Below are positions 59,002 through 64,000 of a stretch of 64,000 bases of DNA, piece by piece. The position numbers and the translations under genes are program-made. Under the pieces are notes generated by a model. It had not been told where the DNA came from, did no database searches, and saw only the letters and a program-made list of their open reading frames with translations. Position 1 is the stretch's first letter. Every line of letters begins with the position of its first letter. The stretch lies in assembly GCA_007376395.1 (NCBI GenBank), contig VMGE01000005.1, positions 2,821-66,820 of the forward strand. The letters run 5' to 3'. The stretch comes from Microgenomates group bacterium Gr01-1014_5. Its GTDB lineage: Bacteria; Patescibacteriota; Microgenomatia; UBA8517; UBA10165.

Positions 59002-59865
59002 TTACTTGCGAATAGAGAAGACGAAGCGGCTTCCGGGAGACCACTCAGAGTCAGAACCGGCCGATATGCTGGATAGCCAGGTACTCTCTCTGCGTGCTAA
59101 TAAAAAGACGTGCGGATCGCCATCGGAGCCGGCTACTTGCTTCATCGCAATACAGTACCAATCATTCGTGGGTTGGTTAGTATCCTGAATTCTGAGATCT
59201 GGTCCGACTTCAGCAGGGCATAAATCTGCTCCTAATTCATCAATTCGTGCGTAAACCTCTTTTATAGTCGCTCCGCGGTGAAATCCTAAAGCTGTGATTG
59301 GAGCTTTAAATAACCTGATCATTTGACCTTCAGCTATGGTTGTAAAATTACTGCTCCTTAACATATCCTCAGCATTGCTAGATATTTGATTTCCCATGTC
59401 TTTTACAAGCTGTAGTAATTTTTCTTTAGGAACTCCACCAATAGCTAAATCTATATCAGGAATGTGGACTTTGGGATAGTCGGTGTAGATATGATAAAGG
59501 TGCCCGATCCTTGGAAAAACAGGAATAATTTTATGTTTGTCGTCATAATTTACAAACGAACCTAAATAGGCCTCGGTCTTATCATTAACCTCATCGGGAT
59601 GCTGAGCAATTTGTTCTAGAGTTAATCCCAAAGCAGTCGCCATTCTTTCTCTATCAGTTACTATAGTTGCTGTTGCTGTGAACTCTACGCTTGTTTGAAT
59701 TTCTTGAAGCCTGGGTTGTTTTAAAATAGTTGTGAAGCGTTCTGGCAGAAGTCCTTGGCGACGCAAGCCGTCCACAAAATCATTAACTAATTCTATACCT
59801 TTAGAGTATAGTTTAGCCTCTTTAGCTGGGAGAGCACTCGGCAATTCTTTATAATTACTTGCCAT
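59002..59865 (-). CDS. hypothetical protein, 287 aa, locally higher GC, no recognised domain
   Basis: complete ORF with own promoter; motifs GSDGDPHVFLL and LSSISAGSDSEW not assignable. Confidence 0.45.
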   Translation of the reverse strand: MASNYKELPSALPAKEAKLYSKGIELVNDFVDGLRRQGLLPERFTTILKQPRLQEIQTSVEFTATATIVTDRERMATALGLTLEQIAQHPDEVNDKTEAYLGSFVNYDDKHKIIPVFPRIGHLYHIYTDYPKVHIPDIDLAIGGVPKEKLLQLVKDMGNQISSNAEDMLRSSNFTTIAEGQMIRLFKAPITALGFHRGATIKEVYARIDELGADLCPAEVGPDLRIQDTNQPTNDWYCIAMKQVAGSDGDPHVFLLARRESTWLSSISAGSDSEWSPGSRFVFSIRK

Positions 59866-59875
59866 ATATTTGAGT

Positions 59876-59904
59876 ATATTAGCAAACTATGAGCTAATTA
59901 TCAA
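59876..59904 (-). promoter_or_regulatory. putative strong promoter for 59002..59865 (-35 TTGATA, 17-nt spacer, -10 TAATAT, 10 nt before ATG)
   Basis: reverse strand ttgata attagctcatagtttgc taatat actcaaatat ATG. Confidence 0.4.
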
Positions 59905-60059
59905 ATATGTGTCACAATCGGCCGCTTGAAGCGTTTTGTGTTTCATGCTATAAGTAACGCTATGAACGAGCATTGGGAGGATATCTTTTTTGAAGATTAG
60001 AAAGCTCCTGCCCATTCTCTCCTCAGAGTCGCCCGCAGCTCCAAGCTTTGCTTATAGCC

Positions 60060-60139
60060 TCAAAATCTCCATTTTTGATCGCAATTCTGATCCTAGACAT
60101 CAAATCGTTCGTAAAATACACATTGTGGAATGAGGCTAA
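60060..60139 (-). pseudogene. degenerate duplicate of tgt 3' end (about 33 codons, ~60% aa identity to the real Tgt C-terminus)
   Basis: rc translates LASFHNVYFTNDLMSRIRIAIKNGDFEAISKAW versus Tgt LASIHNVHFMNDLMERIRQSLENNDFQVLKKEW encoded at 60846..60950. Confidence 0.55.
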
Positions 60140-60516
60140 TCGTGAGGATTCATTGTCTTAATGTCTTTCATGGGAAAGTGTTTTAGATTGAGAGATACCA
60201 AGGTAGCATTGTGTACATTCGCAGTACCTGCAATTAAACAATCAGTTAGGCTAAGATTTTTAAGTTTGCTTGAATACTGCTGCCAATAGAATCCAGCTTG
60301 TTTGGCTATCGGTATAATCACGTCAAGTATTTGAAATTCGTTTAATAGATTCTCGGTGACTACAATTTCAGAAGGATAAATATTTTTATAAATCTCAGCA
60401 ATTGTTATTGTCGAAATACAAAGAGAACCCTTATGTTTCAAGTGTTGGAGTAACTTTGCATATTTTTTATCCCCTCGTAAAATCCATATAAGAATATCTG
60501 TGTCAACCAGGTACAT
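60136..60516 (-). CDS. vapC: PIN-domain toxin (VapC-like), type II TA
   Basis: MYLVDTDILIW...TDCLIAGTA PIN acidic residues; 3 nt after antitoxin stop; C-terminus runs into tgt-tail remnant. Confidence 0.75.
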   Translation of the reverse strand: MYLVDTDILIWILRGDKKYAKLLQHLKHKGSLCISTITIAEIYKNIYPSEIVVTENLLNEFQILDVIIPIAKQAGFYWQQYSSKLKNLSLTDCLIAGTANVHNATLVSLNLKHFPMKDIKTMNPHD

Positions 60517-60519
60517 AGG

Positions 60520-60798
60520 TTAGAAATTACGATCTGAAGCTTTTCTGCTCTGTTTCAGCCATCTTATGACATCATTTTTTGTTCTCCACTCAGGATGATC
60601 TTCTCTCATAAAAACACCGGAAGCGTCCTCAAGTGCCTTTCCGAACGTCTCAGGATTAAATTCTTTAGTCCTCACAAGTTGAACTATTTCTTGATCTTTT
60701 TTTTCATCTTTTAAAATGACTGTGTGTCCTTCTTTTGCTTTTGCAATATAATCTGCAATCTGCTCACGAAACTGACTTATTGATACAGTGAATGTCAT
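60520..60798 (-). CDS. Phd/YefM-like antitoxin
   Basis: 92 aa, MTFTVSISQFREQIADYIAKAKEGHTVILKDEKKDQEIVQLV pattern of Phd/YefM N-terminus. Confidence 0.6.
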   Translation of the reverse strand: MTFTVSISQFREQIADYIAKAKEGHTVILKDEKKDQEIVQLVRTKEFNPETFGKALEDASGVFMREDHPEWRTKNDVIRWLKQSRKASDRNF

Positions 60799-60804
60799 GA
60801 TTGT

Positions 60805-60833
60805 ATATTAGTACATTATGTACATAATGTCAA
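60805..60833 (-). promoter_or_regulatory. TA promoter: perfect -35 TTGACA, 17-nt spacer, -10 TAATAT, 6 nt before ATG (leaderless-like); 18-bp perfect palindrome operator acattatgtacataatgt (60813..60830) in spacer
   Basis: reverse strand ttgaca ttatgtacataatgtac taatat acaat ATG. Confidence 0.5.
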
Positions 60834-60845
60834 TAGCTAATTTGT

Positions 60846-62027
60846 TTACCATTCTTTTTTTAGAACCTGGAAATCATTATTTTCCAAAGATTGTCTTATT
60901 CTTTCCATCAAATCATTCATAAAATGCACATTATGAATCGAGGCTAGTCTAAACCCTGAAAGTTCGCGAGCAACAAGAAGATGGTGTAAATAAGCAGCAG
61001 AATAATTCTGGCAGGTATAACATTGGCAAATTTTACTTATTGCTTGTTTCTTGTTACTTGTTACTTTTTTTGTCACATCGAGTCGAAACTTGTTTTTCTT
61101 AGTTCCGCCGTCTTCCGGGTAAATGTACAACAACCCGGAACGGGCAATCCGAGTAACCGAGGTGTTATCAAAGGTATCAACTCCCCGGATTACAGCTTCA
61201 AAAACACCTTCCGGCCCGCCGCCCAAACCCAAAGCGTGAACCGGCTTGTCATCTGGAATCATATCAACAATTGTGTCCAGAGCTTGCCCGGTAATCTTTG
61301 GGTCAACGCCTATCGTTTGGTCGCCAACTGCAATTCCTGGAAACCCAGTATCTAAAATAAACTGCATAAATCCTCTTCGTACTTTCCTATCCAGCTGACC
61401 TTGGACTATGCCATAGAGTGCTTGGAAGTTTTTTCTTTTCTTTTGTATTTCTTCCCAAGCCTTAAAAGACCTCTCTTCCCAAAGAAAAGTCCTTCTTATA
61501 GAGTCTGTTAATTTTTTATGAGAATCAGAGAAAGCTAGCGGTTGGTCAAAAGCCATAATAATATCGGCATTTAAAACAGATTGAATCTCCATTGATCTTT
61601 CTGGAGTAATTAATTGTTTTGACCCGTCAACATACGACCTAAAGGTCGCCCCTTCGTCAGTAATTTTGACAATTTCTGCTTCCCGCTCACTACCCACTAC
61701 CAATTCCTTACCCTGTGTCCTTAAAAAGGACACCTGGTATCCTCCCGAATCCGTAATCGTTGGCCCATCCCACTTCATAAACGGCGCAAAGCCGCCAAAT
61801 TCTTTTATCACTTCCAGCCCCGGACGAAGCAAAAGGTGGTAGGTGTTTGCCAAAACAACTTGCGAGCGGCTTTGGATAATATCTTCTGTGTCTAAGGCTT
61901 TTACTGTCGCAGTTGTGGCAACCGGAGTATATGCCGGAGTTTGTATTTCGCCATGTGGTGTTTTGATTACTCCCAAACGTGCCCGTGTCTTTTTGTCTTT
62001 AGCTTTAATTTGGAATGAAAAATCCAT
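60846..62027 (-). CDS. tgt: queuine tRNA-ribosyltransferase Tgt (start set at internal ATG aligning with Tgt N-termini; ORF extends to 62153)
   Basis: TPHGEIQTPAYTPV, DSGGYQV, LGLGGGPE, zinc site CQCYTCQNY...H; contains heptad array 61034..61068. Confidence 0.85.
   Translation of the reverse strand: MDFSFQIKAKDKKTRARLGVIKTPHGEIQTPAYTPVATTATVKALDTEDIIQSRSQVVLANTYHLLLRPGLEVIKEFGGFAPFMKWDGPTITDSGGYQVSFLRTQGKELVVGSEREAEIVKITDEGATFRSYVDGSKQLITPERSMEIQSVLNADIIMAFDQPLAFSDSHKKLTDSIRRTFLWEERSFKAWEEIQKKRKNFQALYGIVQGQLDRKVRRGFMQFILDTGFPGIAVGDQTIGVDPKITGQALDTIVDMIPDDKPVHALGLGGGPEGVFEAVIRGVDTFDNTSVTRIARSGLLYIYPEDGGTKKNKFRLDVTKKVTSNKKQAISKICQCYTCQNYSAAYLHHLLVARELSGFRLASIHNVHFMNDLMERIRQSLENNDFQVLKKEW
61034..61068. 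repeat. heptad array CTTGTT(T/A) x5 inside tgt CDS just before the Zn-binding CxCxxC motif
   Basis: cttattg cttgttt cttgtta cttgtta ctttttt; encodes VTSNKKQ. Confidence 0.8.
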
Positions 62028-62415
62028 ATAGGAATAATACATTATTGCAGTGCGGTGATATACTGTAAGTGTGGGTATAGGAGTAAACGGCGTCAATTCC
62101 GTAGGTATTGGAGCAATAGAAAGAAGGGGTAGTCCTGGGGTGTTATATGGCAATACTCCCGACCAACAAGTAAAAAGGGTAGCTAGCCAGACTCCAAAAA
62201 GTGCGAGTACTGACGGAAATGGCGATATTACTTACAGCGGAGGACTACACCTAGAAAGCAAAGTCCCCACCAAAGAACCCTCTTTTCCTGGAGATGTGCA
62301 AATTGCCGCAGTCAAAGGTAACAATATTGACGCCATTGTTTAAGCATTTTTGGTACTTGACTTCGTATTTTCTTCGGGTGTAAAACTAACTTGTCTCGAG
62401 GAGGGACAACGAGAG

Positions 62416-62676
62416 ATGATTCACAAACTTAACGCTCCTGTTTCGGTCAAACTTATTTATGATCACAAATCCCATACTGTTTTTCCTCAAGAAGTCGGCT
62501 GGGAAGGAAGAGTTTATCCTATTATTAAAATCGGGCTGCACCACACCTTCCGGACTGGCCGCACTCTTTACCACGTTTTCTCTGTTGCCTCAAAAACCCT
62601 CTTTTTCCGGCTTGTTTTAGACACAGACACTTTACATTGGCGGTTAGAGGAGGCGTCCGATGGACTACCGGACTAA
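62416..62676 (+). CDS. hypothetical small protein immediately upstream of Y-family polymerase (GGAGGG SD 10 nt before ATG)
   Basis: 86 aa MIHKLNAPVSVKLIYDHK...; ORF track shows longer TTG-initiated version 62350..62676. Confidence 0.4.
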   Translation: MIHKLNAPVSVKLIYDHKSHTVFPQEVGWEGRVYPIIKIGLHHTFRTGRTLYHVFSVASKTLFFRLVLDTDTLHWRLEEASDGLPD

Positions 62677-62677
62677 A

Positions 62678-62712
62678 AAATTAGAAATTAAAAATTAGAA
62701 ATTAGAAATTAA
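62678..62712. repeat. A/T-rich heptanucleotide tandem array (5 units aaattag/aaattaa) just upstream of polymerase gene
   Basis: aaattag aaattaa aaattag aaattag aaattaa. Confidence 0.8.
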
Positions 62713-62719
62713 ATCTACT

Positions 62720-63988
62720 ATGCAACAGCTAACAAGTCTCCTAAAATTACCGTTTAATCCTGCTCCGTCTTATATAATGCACTTGGATTTAAATTCCTGC
62801 TTTGCCTCAATCGAACAACAAGCAAATCCTCATTTGCGCGGAAAACCTGTCGCAGTCGCCGCATACGCAACCAAAAATGGCTGTATTCTCGCCCCATCTG
62901 TCGAAGCAAAGCGTTTCGGCGTCAAAACCGGAATGCGGGTGCGTGATGGATTAGCTCTCTGCCCAAGTTTAATCGTTTTACCTCCTGACCCTTGGAAATA
63001 CAGAGATGTGCACCTTTCCTTCCGACAGCTTTTTGGAGAGTACACAAATGATGTTTTACCCAAATCAATTGACGAATTTGTTTTAGATTTAAAAGGCTAT
63101 CCGGCCTGTGGGAATGGTATGGAGCAGGTTGCACTGGAACTTAAAGACCGCGTCAAAAAAGAAATCGGCGAGTGGTTGACAGTTTCTGTTGGCATTGCTC
63201 CGAACAGGTATTTGGCCAAGACCGGAGCAGGTTTAAACAAACCAGACGGGTTAGACGAAATTAATAAAAATAACTTTAAGAAAATCTACCGGAATTTAAA
63301 GTTAACAGACCTTTGCGGGATAAAGCTAGCCAATGCAGTCCGGTTAAACAGAATGGGGATTTCTACTGTTTTGGATTTTTATGAAGCGCCGTTTTGGAAA
63401 TTAAAATCAGCCTTCGCCTCGATTAACGGCTATTACTGGTATGCTCGTTTGCGTGGTTGGGAGGTAGATAATATAGCGTTTGGGAGAAAAAGCTATGGCA
63501 ACTCGTACGCCTTACCAAAACCTTTTTCCGCCATTTGGCGCCTGACGCCAATTTTACAAAAACTGGTAGAAAAAGCAGGAGCCAGAATGAGAAGGGCAGG
63601 ATACAAAGCCCGCGGCGTACACTTAGCTATTTCGTACCGCGACCGCACTTTTTGGCATCGCGGAATGGCACTGTCCGAACTAATCTTTGACTCACGCGAT
63701 ATTTACAAATATGCATTTCGACTGCTGTTGTCTGCACCAGAGCAAAAACCCGCGGCAAATCTCGCAGTTTCTTGCTTTAATCTGGCGAAGATCAAAGAGC
63801 CGCAGTTGACCTTGTTTGAAGATTTATTAAAAAAAGAGAAGTTGGTGCGGGCTGTTGACCGCGTTAATAACCACTGGGGAAACTTCGTCATTACCCCTGC
63901 CAGAATGCTTGGAACAGGTGGTTACATTCCAGACCGCATTTCCTTTGGCGGAGTTAAAGAACTGGAAGAATTTACCTTTCAAACATGA
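62720..63988 (+). CDS. Y-family translesion DNA polymerase, UmuC/PolV-like subfamily
   Basis: HLDLNSCFASIEQ, GKPVAVAAYATKNGCILAPSVEAKRFGVKTGM (UmuC-like), SIDEFVLDL catalytic acidic motif; alternative start at MHLDLN (62777). Confidence 0.8.
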   Translation: MQQLTSLLKLPFNPAPSYIMHLDLNSCFASIEQQANPHLRGKPVAVAAYATKNGCILAPSVEAKRFGVKTGMRVRDGLALCPSLIVLPPDPWKYRDVHLSFRQLFGEYTNDVLPKSIDEFVLDLKGYPACGNGMEQVALELKDRVKKEIGEWLTVSVGIAPNRYLAKTGAGLNKPDGLDEINKNNFKKIYRNLKLTDLCGIKLANAVRLNRMGISTVLDFYEAPFWKLKSAFASINGYYWYARLRGWEVDNIAFGRKSYGNSYALPKPFSAIWRLTPILQKLVEKAGARMRRAGYKARGVHLAISYRDRTFWHRGMALSELIFDSRDIYKYAFRLLLSAPEQKPAANLAVSCFNLAKIKEPQLTLFEDLLKKEKLVRAVDRVNNHWGNFVITPARMLGTGGYIPDRISFGGVKELEEFTFQT

Positions 63989-64000
63989 AGCTCCCGCGAC

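Noticed and set aside
62028-62153. Long N-terminal extension of Tgt (MPYNTPGLPLLSIAPIPTELTPFTPIPTLTVYHRTAIMYYSY...)
   Set aside because: Tgt homologs begin near MDFSFQIKAKDKKTRARLGV, which aligns with E. coli MKFELDTTDGRARRG. The upstream 42 codons are most likely untranslated, so the start is set at 62027.
62071-62343. 90-aa GTG-initiated + ORF between tgt and the polymerase locus
   Set aside because: There is no ATG and no SD, and the ORF overlaps the extended tgt N-terminal reading frame region. It is more likely the non-coding divergent promoter region. It is kept out of the features list.

Overview
AT-rich (roughly 40% GC by eye), gene-dense window read with the standard genetic code: TGA and TAA/TAG are all used as stops and a complete RF2 gene is present. 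The gene content is consistent with a small-genome CPR/Patescibacteria-type bacterium (98-aa mini TsaB, TsaE, many GT39 paralogs, tightly packed overlapping genes), but taxonomy cannot be proven from sequence alone. About 47 kb (1..47153) is a surface-glycosylation super-locus, almost entirely on the minus strand. It contains at least 8 GT39/PMT-like and 4 ArnT-like GT-C membrane glycosyltransferases, 2 PIG-B/Alg9-like GT-C mannosyltransferases, a YfhO-family protein, 3 Wzx-like flippases (one partial at the window edge), about 14 GT2/GT4 transferases including several Dpm1/GtrB-like polyprenol-phosphate sugar synthases, and a phosphodiester glycosidase. The right third holds housekeeping genes (trmD, tsaB/tsaE, ftsE-ftsX-M23/EnvC-like, prfB, tgt, nrnA, a UmuC-like Y-family polymerase), a lamin-tail-domain surface protein, a TrpR/YerC-like regulator bracketed by identical palindromes, and a vapBC-type toxin-antitoxin cassette inserted at the 3' end of tgt with a duplicated, diverged tgt tail. 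No rRNA, tRNA or CRISPR was recognised. The most unusual sequence-level signals are a set of 7-bp-periodic tandem repeat arrays at 9 loci (inside CDSs and at gene junctions) and an 86-bp hairpin-containing element present twice in opposite orientation inside two different glycosyltransferase CDSs.
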